Shown here: positions 1 to 9,383 of the stretch, piece by piece
How positions within the stretch are numbered: the first letter of the stretch is position 1
How the letters are laid out: the number at the start of each line of letters is the position of its first letter
Assembly (NCBI GenBank): GCA_963835575.1
Contig: CAWIGG010000004.1
Location: 864,001-928,000 of the forward strand
Reading direction: 5' to 3'
Length of the DNA: 64,000 nucleotides
Source: an uncultured Spirochaetota bacterium
GTDB lineage: Bacteria; Spirochaetota; Brevinematia; Brevinematales; JAOACQ01
Made by a program: the position numbers and the translations under genes
Notes under the pieces: generated by a model
The model's database searches: none
The model's input: the letters and a program-made list of their open reading frames with translations, nothing else
What the model was told of the DNA's origin: nothing

Positions 1-277
1 TCTGCCCGATCTTCCATTTTTCGGCAAGATGAATGGAAAAATCCTCCAAAGATTCACCCTCAAGCGATGGGAATACCGCCACGGCGATCTGAATACCGGT
101 ATTATCCTCAAAAGCCTGAAGTGTTGAATTTATATCAGCTTTACTTTCCTCGCTCATTATCCCCGCCCAGTCGCTCACGCGGCCGAGGGGAGCCGCCGGA
201 ATTTTGAGGGAAAACGCCGGCAGGCTTTGTATTAGAATAAATAGTATTAATAAAGAAATGCGTTTTATATATTTCAT
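1..277 (-). CDS. TPM-domain (YgcG-like) protein, N-terminal part; runs off window start
   Basis: Manual translation from ATG at 277: MKYIKRISLLILFILIQSLPAFSLKIPAAPLGRVSDWAGIMSEE...GIQIAVAVFPSLEGESLEDFSIHLAEKWKIGQ. Signal peptide plus TPM-like motifs; lies downstream of lemA, the usual pairing. Confidence 0.85.
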   Translation of the reverse strand, partial: MKYIKRISLLILFILIQSLPAFSLKIPAAPLGRVSDWAGIMSEESKADINSTLQAFEDNTGIQIAVAVFPSLEGESLEDFSIHLAEKWKIGQ

Positions 278-369
278 AAATATCCTTGTCTTAGAATCAA
301 GATAATTGTAAGAAGCTACCCCAAGAGTCCCTTTTCTACTATCAGCAGTGTCTCAAAGAATACCAATAA

Positions 370-502
370 TTCTTTGTGTCCATTCGCGTGGATTAACGGA
401 TTGATTGGTCTTCCGCTAAGCCACACGAAGACACGCTAATGAGAATTTATTTTCAAATTATTCAATTTCCTTCGCGTCTATTCGCGTGTATTAGCGGATT
501 AT
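370..502. repeat. Cluster of short periodic repeats (ttcgcgtg.atta.cggatt; ccacacgaagacacg)
   Basis: attcgcgtggattaacggatt (~382) and attcgcgtgtattagcggatt (~480); same style as the other intergenic periodic repeats. Confidence 0.55.
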
Positions 503-529
503 CCGTCCTTATACCGGTTTTAAGCACCG

Positions 530-1138
530 TTACTCAAACTTTACCTTCGGGGCTGTTTTGGCGCCTTCCTCGGCCTGGAAATAGGCTTTTTCCTGGAAGC
601 CTCCCATATTGGCTATAAACATGGCCGGGAAGCTTCTGCGGAACGCGTTATACTGCTGTGCGGCCTCATTATAGCGCATTCTTTCCACAGTGATGCGGTT
701 TTCCGTTCCTTCCAGCTGGGACTGGAGGTCCAGGAAGTTTTCGTTCGCCTTTAAATTGGGATAATTTTCCGTCACGACAAGAAGCCTGGAAAGCGCGCCG
801 GAAAGCTCGCCCTGAGCGGCCTGGTATTTCTTAAAGGCTTCCGGGTTATTAATGATGCTTTGATCGATCTTGATGGACCCGACGCGGCTCCGGGCGTCAA
901 CGACGGCCTGGAGGGTTTCACTTTCGTGTTTTGCGTAGCCTTTCACCGTTTCCACAAGGTTCGGGATCAGGTCCGCGCGTCTTTGATAGACGTTTTCCAC
1001 CTGCGCCCAGGCGGATTTCACGCCTTCGTCCATATTCACAAGCTTATTGTAATTTCCCGGCCCGACGCAGTAAACAAATCCGCCTAGAATTATGATAACG
1101 CCGAGAATGATCAGGCCGGTCCTTATGCCTTTACTCAT
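530..1138 (-). CDS. lemA: LemA family protein
   Basis: N-terminal TM; QRRADLIPNLV, ENYPNLKANENF, LEGTENRI motifs. Confidence 0.95.
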   Translation of the reverse strand: MSKGIRTGLIILGVIIILGGFVYCVGPGNYNKLVNMDEGVKSAWAQVENVYQRRADLIPNLVETVKGYAKHESETLQAVVDARSRVGSIKIDQSIINNPEAFKKYQAAQGELSGALSRLLVVTENYPNLKANENFLDLQSQLEGTENRITVERMRYNEAAQQYNAFRRSFPAMFIANMGGFQEKAYFQAEEGAKTAPKVKFE

Positions 1139-1364
1139 ATTATTACTCCTTTTTAAAATCAGACTGCTTTAAATTTACATTAAATAATGTTTAATATCAA
1201 GTGAAACGGGTGATTTAGAGTAATTTTTACCCTTTGATAAAGATAGATTGCTTTATAAAAAAATGAAGGCGGTAAAATTCTCTTTAATATTATTCTAAGT
1301 CCCTTTAAATGACAAGCATAGTTCAAAAATGAAAAAATAATATTTTTGAATGTAATATTGTATA

Positions 1365-2561
1365 TTATTGCTTGTTTTCAAGAGATTTTAATAAAACATA
1401 AAGTCTTACCAGTCTGTTATTAAAAATATATTTGCCTTTTTCATCTCCAGATTTTAACACATTAAGTTTTTTCATTCTTTGCAGGAAATTATTAAATTTT
1501 CGTTTTTCCTGCTCAGTTAATTTATCCTCAATATCTGCTTTTTTAAAAGACAAATCAAAACTTTCTTTTCCTAATTTAGATAAAATTGAATGATAATCAC
1601 CGCTTCTTAAAGCTTTATAAACCTGCTGATCAACGAACTTTCTTCCAATATCTTCCGCGCTTAAAATTATTCCATTTATGACAACTTCTTTATTAATAAC
1701 AGGTTCTTGAGCAAGCCAGTAGATATTATCACCAATTATATGCATGATTTTAGGAAAACCTGCGGAGTAATGTATTAATTCCGACATACCCGCTTCTTCA
1801 ATAGTCATATTTGCGGATTGGAAAGATTTTTGATAAAAATCTTTCATTTCCTCTTTTAACATTGGTTTAATTTCAACAATATCAAATATCCTTTCAATCG
1901 GCTGGTGATTCAATATCATTTCTCTTCTTCTTTCTTCGACCCCGCTAAGCATTAATAAAAGAGGGAGAGGCTGCCGACTTAATGCGTTTTCATCAACTAA
2001 ACTTTTAATAAAATGGGCGAATTCCCTATTTTCAGCAATTCCGTTTATTTCATCAAGGATTAAAAAAATTCCTTTGATACCATCTTCTTTTACTCTATTA
2101 TATAGTTCATTTAAAAAAGGCAGGAATCCTTTTTGAAAATTCAGAGCATCTGTCTTTAATACATCAAAATTAATACTAAAACCGAAAATCTCCTGTTTTC
2201 CTATGTATTTAGATAAAAAATTCCTTATTTTTTCCGATGTAGTAGGCTTATATACATCCCTTTGAATAATTTCTATTAAAATTTTCTCGGTTGTTTCAAT
2301 AACGTTTTTTGCTCCTCCTAAGAGGACATGAATACCTAATAAATTATTTATTTCCTCTGCGAAATAACGCATAAAGCCTGCTAATGAGCTTTTGCCAATG
2401 CCATATTCACCTGTTAAAAATATATATTGCGGTTTACCAAGTTCTACCTGTTTAATAGCTCTGGTAATCCGCTGTATTTCATTACTTCTACCAACAAAGT
2501 ATTCTATTGGAACAGGTTGTCCAGGGTAAAATGGACTCTTACCCTTATTAATTAATTCCAT
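1365..2561 (-). CDS. AAA/STAND-type P-loop ATPase (archaeal-ATPase-like)
   Basis: SPFYPG..FVGR, Walker A GEYGIGKSS, Walker B LILDE, GFP motif; AT-rich relative to neighbours. Confidence 0.8.
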   Translation of the reverse strand: MELINKGKSPFYPGQPVPIEYFVGRSNEIQRITRAIKQVELGKPQYIFLTGEYGIGKSSLAGFMRYFAEEINNLLGIHVLLGGAKNVIETTEKILIEIIQRDVYKPTTSEKIRNFLSKYIGKQEIFGFSINFDVLKTDALNFQKGFLPFLNELYNRVKEDGIKGIFLILDEINGIAENREFAHFIKSLVDENALSRQPLPLLLMLSGVEERRREMILNHQPIERIFDIVEIKPMLKEEMKDFYQKSFQSANMTIEEAGMSELIHYSAGFPKIMHIIGDNIYWLAQEPVINKEVVINGIILSAEDIGRKFVDQQVYKALRSGDYHSILSKLGKESFDLSFKKADIEDKLTEQEKRKFNNFLQRMKKLNVLKSGDEKGKYIFNNRLVRLYVLLKSLENKQ

Positions 2562-2705
2562 TTAAAACCTCTTATACACTGAATAATTAATAATATTAAA
2601 TTATTTTAATATGATGTAATTAAACAAGCAATAAAATAAAAGTATTTTTTGTTTTAATATATAATATAAACCATAAAACTTGTTTGATCAAATTGGGATA
2701 AATTT

Positions 2706-4526
2706 ATGATTCAGGTTCAGGGAATAAAAAAATCCTACGGCTCGCAGATGCTTCTGGATAATGTCAGCTTTAATATCAACGCCGGCGAGCATATCGGCCT
2801 CATCGGCAGGAACGGCCATGGAAAAACGACGCTTCTCCGGATCATAGCCGGCATGGAAGAACCGGATTCGGGCTCCATAACCATACCCCGGAATTACACC
2901 ATCGGCTTTTTGGAACAGCAGATAAAATTCATGGAATCGAGCGCGCTGGGTGAAGCAAGCCTCGGACTTTCGGAAGAACACAAAGGCAATACCTGGATGG
3001 CCGAGAAGATCCTTTCAGGCCTCGGGTTTTCCGCGGAGGACATGGAAAAAAAGCCTGTGCTCTTTTCGGGCGGTTACCAGGTCAGGATACAGCTCGCGAA
3101 AGTCCTTGTCGGCGATCCCAACCTCCTGCTTCTGGATGAACCGACGAACTACCTGGATATTGTTTCCATACGCTGGCTGATCCGCTTTCTGCGCGATTTG
3201 AAAAAAGAGTTCATTTTAATTACCCATGACCGGAGCTTTATGGACAGCGTGACGACGCACACGATGGGCATCCACAGGAAGAAAATACGCAAGATCGAGG
3301 GGCCGACGGAAAAGCTTTATCAGCAGATCATAAAGGAAGAAGAAGTTTATGAAAAGACCCGCGTGAATGACGATAAAAGACGGAAGGAAATAGAGCTCTT
3401 TATCACCCGGTTCAGGGCGAAAGCAAGGCTGGGCGGGCTGGTGCAGTCCAGGGTCAAGCTCCTGGAAAAGAAGGAAAAGCTCAATAAACTCGAGAAAATG
3501 AAAACGCTGGAATTCTCTTTCAGGGAAGCACCGACCGACGCGAAGTGGGCGGTCGAAGCGAAAAACACATCTTTTTCATATGATGGGAAAAAGCCATATC
3601 TTATCAATAATTTTAACCTGATCGTCGGCAAAAATGACAGGATTGGGATTGTAGGCAGGAACGGGGCCGGTAAATCGACATTAATGAAGCTTCTGGCCGG
3701 CATCATGACCCCGCTGGAAGGGGCTGTCAAAAACCACCCTCAGATCAGGATGGGTTATTTCGGGCAGACGAATATCGAACAGCTCAATGAGTACAGGACG
3801 GTTGAGGAAGAGATCGCCGCTTCCCATCCCGAACACGACCGCCAGGCCGCCCGGGACATCTGCGGGGCGATGCTCTTTGAAGGGGACATGGCGCTCAAAA
3901 AAATATCGGTTCTATCAGGCGGCGAGAAAAGCCGGGTCCTTCTCGGCAAGCTTCTGGTTTCACCCACGCACCTTCTATTATTAGATGAGCCGACGAACCA
4001 CCTCGATATGGAATCATGCGATTCGCTGATTGCCGCGCTGGATTCCTTCAACGGCTCCGTGATCATTGTGACGCATAACGAGATGTACCTGAACGCTCTG
4101 ACAAACCGCATGGTCATATTTGACCGGGATAAGATCACCCTTTATGAGGGGAATTACCAGGACTTTCTGCATGATATCGGCTGGTCGGGCGAGGATGATG
4201 GGAGGAAAAAGGAAGAGATCAATCCGGCCAGTAAAAAGGCGATCCGGAGGGCCCGCGCCGGGATCATACAGGAAAAGTCAAAAGTCCTGCGGCCGATGGA
4301 AGAGAAAATCCGGGAAAAGGAAAATGCGATCCATCAGCTGGAAATGGAAATTAAAGATGACAATCAGCTGGTGATTGAAGCTTCCATCAAAGGGGACAGC
4401 GCCGGGATCGCTCAGCTTTCAAAAAAAATCAGCGATGCCCAGTCAAAGCTGGACCTGTTCATGAAAGAATGGGAAGACCTGCACACAAAGTATGAAGAGG
4501 AAATGAAGAAATTTGAGATTGATTGA
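2706..4526 (+). CDS. ABC-F family ATP-binding protein
   Basis: Two ABC domains (GRNGHGKT/FSGG/LLLDEPTN; GRNGAGKS/LSGGEK/LLLDEPTN), no TM, C-terminal coiled coil. Confidence 0.93.
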   Translation: MIQVQGIKKSYGSQMLLDNVSFNINAGEHIGLIGRNGHGKTTLLRIIAGMEEPDSGSITIPRNYTIGFLEQQIKFMESSALGEASLGLSEEHKGNTWMAEKILSGLGFSAEDMEKKPVLFSGGYQVRIQLAKVLVGDPNLLLLDEPTNYLDIVSIRWLIRFLRDLKKEFILITHDRSFMDSVTTHTMGIHRKKIRKIEGPTEKLYQQIIKEEEVYEKTRVNDDKRRKEIELFITRFRAKARLGGLVQSRVKLLEKKEKLNKLEKMKTLEFSFREAPTDAKWAVEAKNTSFSYDGKKPYLINNFNLIVGKNDRIGIVGRNGAGKSTLMKLLAGIMTPLEGAVKNHPQIRMGYFGQTNIEQLNEYRTVEEEIAASHPEHDRQAARDICGAMLFEGDMALKKISVLSGGEKSRVLLGKLLVSPTHLLLLDEPTNHLDMESCDSLIAALDSFNGSVIIVTHNEMYLNALTNRMVIFDRDKITLYEGNYQDFLHDIGWSGEDDGRKKEEINPASKKAIRRARAGIIQEKSKVLRPMEEKIREKENAIHQLEMEIKDDNQLVIEASIKGDSAGIAQLSKKISDAQSKLDLFMKEWEDLHTKYEEEMKKFEID

Positions 4527-4584
4527 TGCTGTTAATAAAGTTTAAAATTATTAATTCTGATATTATAATATTTGGAATAAAATG

Positions 4585-4747
4585 TTACAGGAAGTAAGGA
4601 AGCCGGGAAGAAATTAATAGTTAAGGATAAAAGTTGGAAGATTGTCTTATATTAATAATCCAGATTCTTAATTAATATATGAATGCTTGGAAATTTAATT
4701 GAGATACTTGTTTTTAGCGACCTTCCCGCCTTCCAGTCTTCCTGTAA
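4585..4747. repeat. Inverted pair of ggaag-periodic repeats enclosing AT-rich filler
   Basis: ttacaggaagtaaggaagccgggaag (4585-4610) versus reverse complement of 4722-4747, ttacaggaagactggaaggcgggaag. Confidence 0.75.
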
Positions 4748-4773
4748 AATTAAAGATTTGAAGAGGAGTCCGT

Positions 4774-6177
4774 ATGGCCATTCGATTTTACAACACTCTT
4801 ACCCGGAAAGTGGAAGAATTTATTCCCCTGAAGAAAGGGCAGGTCAGCCTCTATACCTGCGGCCCGACTATTTACAACACGCCGCACATCGGCAACCTCC
4901 GGACATTTGTCTTTGAGGACCTGCTCCACCGCTGGCTGGAGTACAGGGACTACCAGGTCCACCATGTGATGAACCTCACTGATATCGACGACAAGACGAT
5001 CAAGAACTCCATACAGAGAAAAATGAGCCTGAAGGAATACACGGATATTTACAGAAAGGAATTCTTCGATTCCATTCAGGCTTTGAACTTTAAAACCGCC
5101 GAGCATTATCCGGCCGCCACGGAGTATATCCCGGAAATGATCAAACTGGTGGAAGGCCTGCTGGAAAAAGGCTTCGCCTATGACGCGCCGGATGGAGTGT
5201 ATTATAAGGTCTCCGCTTTTAACGAATATGGAAAGCTCTCGCATATGGATAAATCTTCGCTCAAGGCCGGCGCCAGCGGCAGAATGAGCCGGGATGAGTA
5301 CACAAAGGACGAGGTGTCCGATTTCGCGCTCTGGAAAAAATGGACGCCGGAAGACGGCGATGTAAAGTGGAGCGCTCCCTTCGGCGAAGGGCGCCCCGGA
5401 TGGCATATCGAGTGCTCGGCGATGAGCATGAAACTCCTGGGGGAGACACTGGACATCCACTGCGGCGGCGTGGACAATATGTTCCCGCATCATGAGAATG
5501 AGATCGCTCAGAGCGAGGCGTTTACGGGAAAGAAGTTTGTCAATTACTGGCTGCATTCCGTCCACCTGATGGTAGACGGTGAGAAAATGGCCAAGTCGAA
5601 AGGGAATTTTTATACAATCAGGGACATTTCGGAAAAAGGCTATTCGGCGAGAGTCCTCCGCTACGCTCTGATCACGACGCATTACAGGAAGCCGCTGAAC
5701 TTTACATTCGACCTGCTGAAACAGGCGGAATCTTCCCTCAAGCGGATTGACGATTTTATTTTTGATCTGAAAAATGTCGCGAAAACCGGAAGTAAAGACG
5801 CCGGGCTGTCCGGCGCCCTGAGTAAGGCGGCGGCCGGTTTCGAAGCTTCGCTTGATGACGACCTGAATATATCGGAGGCTATGGCCGCATTGTTTGAACT
5901 CATCTCCTATTATTATGATAATAAGGCATCGGCGGTCCGGGAAAATATTCCTGAAATTCTGAGCTTTCTGGAAAAAGCCGACAGCGTGCTCGGTTTCATC
6001 AAAACGGAAAGTAAAGATACCCTGTCGCCTGAAGAGGAAAAGCTCCTGCAGGAACGCGCTGACGCCAAGCAGAATAAGGATTACGCCCGCGCCGACGCCG
6101 TCCGCGCCCGCCTGCTGGAACTCGGCATTGAGGTCCGCGACACGAAAGACGGCGTTGTATGGAAGAGGATTAATTAA
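4774..6177 (+). CDS. cysS: Cysteine--tRNA ligase
   Basis: YTCGPT, HIGN, GRPGWHIECSAM, FPHHENE, KMAKS motifs. Confidence 0.97.
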   Translation: MAIRFYNTLTRKVEEFIPLKKGQVSLYTCGPTIYNTPHIGNLRTFVFEDLLHRWLEYRDYQVHHVMNLTDIDDKTIKNSIQRKMSLKEYTDIYRKEFFDSIQALNFKTAEHYPAATEYIPEMIKLVEGLLEKGFAYDAPDGVYYKVSAFNEYGKLSHMDKSSLKAGASGRMSRDEYTKDEVSDFALWKKWTPEDGDVKWSAPFGEGRPGWHIECSAMSMKLLGETLDIHCGGVDNMFPHHENEIAQSEAFTGKKFVNYWLHSVHLMVDGEKMAKSKGNFYTIRDISEKGYSARVLRYALITTHYRKPLNFTFDLLKQAESSLKRIDDFIFDLKNVAKTGSKDAGLSGALSKAAAGFEASLDDDLNISEAMAALFELISYYYDNKASAVRENIPEILSFLEKADSVLGFIKTESKDTLSPEEEKLLQERADAKQNKDYARADAVRARLLELGIEVRDTKDGVVWKRIN

Positions 6178-6234
6178 ATATATTTAATAAAATTATGACA
6201 GGAGAGATCGAATAAAATTTAGTTCAATTGAGCA

Positions 6235-6263
6235 TTGACATTTTGGGTTAATGTCAGTATACT
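6235..6263 (+). promoter_or_regulatory. sigma70-type promoter with overlapping palindrome
   Basis: TTGACA-17 nt-TATACT; tgacatt-N7-aatgtca inverted repeat at 6236-6256. Confidence 0.75.
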
Positions 6264-6271
6264 TCATATAT

Positions 6272-6406
6272 AAGGGAAGAGCAGGTTTTCAAACCGGGCC
6301 TCCTTGAGAGGCAGTAGAAATAAAGAGCTTTTCTACAGGACTTCCTTCAATTTAAAATGTTATGAATTGGAGCGGTCACAGGTTGTGAAAGTTGTTGTTC
6401 CCTTTT
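6272..6406 (+). ncRNA. Candidate rod-shaped structured RNA (possibly 6S-like) or structured leader
   Basis: Begins just after the promoter; ends pair (aagggaa/ttccctt, tttcaaacc/ggttgtgaaa, ctcc/ggag, gtagaaa/tttctac) with an AT-rich bulge; U-run at the 3' end. Confidence 0.45.
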
Positions 6407-6473
6407 CTCATTTTTCACCCCGCCCGGAATGTTTTTTTATTTTGAATCCATCTAAGTGAATTGAAAGGTTTAT

Positions 6474-7448
6474 ATGAGAAGTTTATATGGAGTCATATTG
6501 TTATCGCTGGGTTTTTTGATAATGAATCAAATGTCTTTCGCGGACAGAATACGCGCTAAATTCGAGCCGCCCGAAGGGAAAAAACTCTTTATAATCGGGC
6601 AGGACAACAATACGATAGAGAATTATATCGCATCCAACAGCCATGTTCCGGCGGGCTTTATGCTGTACACTTCAATCCAGAAACTTGAAGGGCTTGATAA
6701 TGAATCGCCGGACTACGGTTCCGGTATTATGCATGCGGAAGAGCTCATCCGGAAATATCCCAATACAGTTCTCCAGATAGGTCTCTATATGGTAGGCGCG
6801 TTAAAGGAAACCTATGAAGGCCGGTATGACGGCAATATCCTGAGGCTGGCGGCATGGCTCAAAAAAATTAAAATCCCTGTTTTTTTACGCATCGGTTATG
6901 AATGCGACGGCCCCCATAACCGCTATAATCCCGACGATTATAAAAAGGCGTTCCGGCACATAGTCGATCTGCTCAGGCGGCAGAATGTTTATAATGCCGC
7001 TTATGTCTGGCATGTACATTCTCATAAGGCAAAACCGGGGCTGAACGCCTGGTATCCGGGCGATGATTATGTGGACTGGGTCGGCGTCAGTTATTTTGAT
7101 CAGCCGCAGAGCGTCATTGCCGCATCGGTTCAATTCGCCAATGATCATAAAAAGCCGGTCATGGTGGCTGAAGGGACGCCGAAAGGAGTGGGCAGCGGCC
7201 GCGGCCGTTATTCCTGGGAAGCCTGGTACGGCGATTTCTTTAATTTTATTAATAAGCATGAGATCAAGGCGGTTTGCTATATCAATAACAACTGGGATGA
7301 ACAGGAAATGTGGCGCGGCCAGGGATGGAAAGACGCGCGTGTCGAGGCGAATGAGTATGTAAAGAAACAATGGCTTAAAGAAATCAATAAAGACAAATAT
7401 TTGAAATCATCAAAAGAATTATATGATTCCTTAACTAATTCAAAGTGA
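6474..7448 (+). CDS. Secreted glycoside hydrolase, GH26-like
   Basis: Signal peptide; LRIGYE acid/base region, WYPGDDYVDWVG, KPVMVAE nucleophile. Confidence 0.82.
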   Translation: MRSLYGVILLSLGFLIMNQMSFADRIRAKFEPPEGKKLFIIGQDNNTIENYIASNSHVPAGFMLYTSIQKLEGLDNESPDYGSGIMHAEELIRKYPNTVLQIGLYMVGALKETYEGRYDGNILRLAAWLKKIKIPVFLRIGYECDGPHNRYNPDDYKKAFRHIVDLLRRQNVYNAAYVWHVHSHKAKPGLNAWYPGDDYVDWVGVSYFDQPQSVIAASVQFANDHKKPVMVAEGTPKGVGSGRGRYSWEAWYGDFFNFINKHEIKAVCYINNNWDEQEMWRGQGWKDARVEANEYVKKQWLKEINKDKYLKSSKELYDSLTNSK

Positions 7449-7484
7449 AAAAGATATCCGGTAAAAAAAGATAAATTGGCCCGT

Positions 7485-9383
7485 TTAATAAAACTCGATC
7501 TGTTCTATCGAAATAGTTCCCGAGCCCTGGCTGCCGGGGATGGCCAGTTCAATATCATTCAGTCCCTGAAGATCGATTGTTTTATTGCCGGATTGATTTC
7601 CCCAGACCGGCCGGATATTGAAAGACTCAAAATTATAGATATAATTAGTCAAGATGCTGATCCCGTAAGATTCATCGGCGGAAAAGCTTTCGCCGTCGGC
7701 GCCGTTTACGCCCGGATATTTCTTTTTCCATACCTGGTCGACGCCGCTCTCATTAAGATAAATAATGAATTTCAATTTCTGGGGTACAGACATCCTGATA
7801 TTAAAACCTTTATAGCCCGTGGCATCATAATAGCCGGTTTTCTCAAAATTCGGCGGGAAAATAGAGATCCCGCAGCCCCATCCTGTGCCAGTGTTAAAAT
7901 TTAAAATCAGGGCCTTTTTCTTTTTCTGAATAGTGATCCTGGCATCATTATCGGAGTCGCCCCATGTTGTTATCAGGTTATTCAGGGCAGTGTTTGTGCT
8001 GAGGTAAACAGAGTCGAAATCAGGGTTTTTTCTGCCTTTTCTTACTGATATTATATCAGCCAGGCGGATGCTTCCCGGTTGTATATTAATTTGACTGTCC
8101 CTGTGAAGGGCTTGTATTTTGGGGTTTGTTTCGCGCATGGCTTTGATAAGCGGCTGATAGAGTCTGCCGTATATGTCCACCAGACCGTAATTGCTGTCTT
8201 CATCATCCGAAGCCCTGCCGTCCTGGGGGTCGTCAAAGAACTGGAACCAGTGATAGCCGACTATAAATGGAAGTTCCGCAAAGGATTTCGCGTATTTAAT
8301 AAAATGGTTCCCCCTTTCCTGCTGATTGGAAACGGTAGTATCGGGACCGACTTTATTCAAGAGGCCTGAAGTATTGTCCATGGAGCGGAAAGTGAATTCG
8401 GAAATGATCAGAGGCTTGCCGGCATAATAAGATAGAGCGGCAAGAAAGCTCCGGTCAATGTCCGGCAGGTTTTTATAATAGTTGATTGATACTGCATCGC
8501 AATATTTTCCTGATATTTTTACAACTGTTTCAGGAACAGAATTGGCAAAACGGTCGGAAAAGATGAGATGGTTTTTATCCAGGGCCCGGATTTTTTCCGT
8601 TATGACGTTGTAGTAGCGTTCCGCCACTATTGCGAGAAATTCATTGCGGAGCTTATTGATATTTTTTGAATTAAACTGGTACTGTTTTAAATCAGCGATA
8701 TCCTCAAATTTCTTTAAATTCAAGCCCCAGTCATTATTAAAACCTTGAATATCCTTATATTTCTGTTTCATGAAATCAATGACCCTTTTTTTACCGGCTG
8801 AATAACCCGGCAGTTCGAAATACATATCCAGCAGATAGGATTCATGGCCCATATAAAAAGAATAATCTCCGTACCAGTTCAGGTCATTCCCGACAAAATA
8901 ACCGATCAAATTCGGGTCATTTATATAGGGCTTACTCTGATCCCGGACGATGAATTCCATTTCTTTTTCAAACTGAGCGTCGAAAATATCGACAAGTTTG
9001 TTTTTATCGAATTTTTTATATTCAATAATGACCGTATAAGGGATTTTCTGTTTATAGATTTCCTCCGAAGACCAGCTTCCCATGGTATTAAATCCGATGT
9101 TTGTCAGAAAAGTGATCGTTTCTTTTGCCCAGGCCTCTTCAGTTTTGGATTTTAAGCCGTTGTAGTGATTCGCTCCGAGTTTGACGTCTTTATCCTCCGG
9201 GGTCACATTGCATATGCCGATGGAGAAGAACGGTTTATTGTCAGGCGTCTGGAACCACCATTTACCGCCGATTTTCTTCAATGTAATAAATTTCGAAAGG
9301 TTTGTCTGACTTTCTGAAAAATCCTGTTCAAAATTAAGAAAAAAAACCATTAAGATAAGAATATAACTAAAAATACGGATCAT
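7485..9383 (-). CDS. Secreted clan GH-A hydrolase (GH50/agarase-like) with C-terminal CBM-like domain
   Basis: WWFQTPD, GFNTMGSWS, LIGYFVGND, PLIISEF, VGYHWFQFFD, ENSNYGLV-like (EDSNYGLVD) motifs. Confidence 0.7.
   Translation of the reverse strand: MIRIFSYILILMVFFLNFEQDFSESQTNLSKFITLKKIGGKWWFQTPDNKPFFSIGICNVTPEDKDVKLGANHYNGLKSKTEEAWAKETITFLTNIGFNTMGSWSSEEIYKQKIPYTVIIEYKKFDKNKLVDIFDAQFEKEMEFIVRDQSKPYINDPNLIGYFVGNDLNWYGDYSFYMGHESYLLDMYFELPGYSAGKKRVIDFMKQKYKDIQGFNNDWGLNLKKFEDIADLKQYQFNSKNINKLRNEFLAIVAERYYNVITEKIRALDKNHLIFSDRFANSVPETVVKISGKYCDAVSINYYKNLPDIDRSFLAALSYYAGKPLIISEFTFRSMDNTSGLLNKVGPDTTVSNQQERGNHFIKYAKSFAELPFIVGYHWFQFFDDPQDGRASDDEDSNYGLVDIYGRLYQPLIKAMRETNPKIQALHRDSQINIQPGSIRLADIISVRKGRKNPDFDSVYLSTNTALNNLITTWGDSDNDARITIQKKKKALILNFNTGTGWGCGISIFPPNFEKTGYYDATGYKGFNIRMSVPQKLKFIIYLNESGVDQVWKKKYPGVNGADGESFSADESYGISILTNYIYNFESFNIRPVWGNQSGNKTIDLQGLNDIELAIPGSQGSGTISIEQIEFY

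Noticed and set aside
5584..5598. KMAKS instead of KMSKS in CysRS
   Set aside because: Conservative variant; all other motifs are intact.
4750..5682. 310-aa antisense ORF and similar shadow ORFs (e.g. 22978-23631, 25039-25779, 46342-46929, 51285-51917)
   Set aside because: They lie opposite well-supported genes and show no recognisable motifs.
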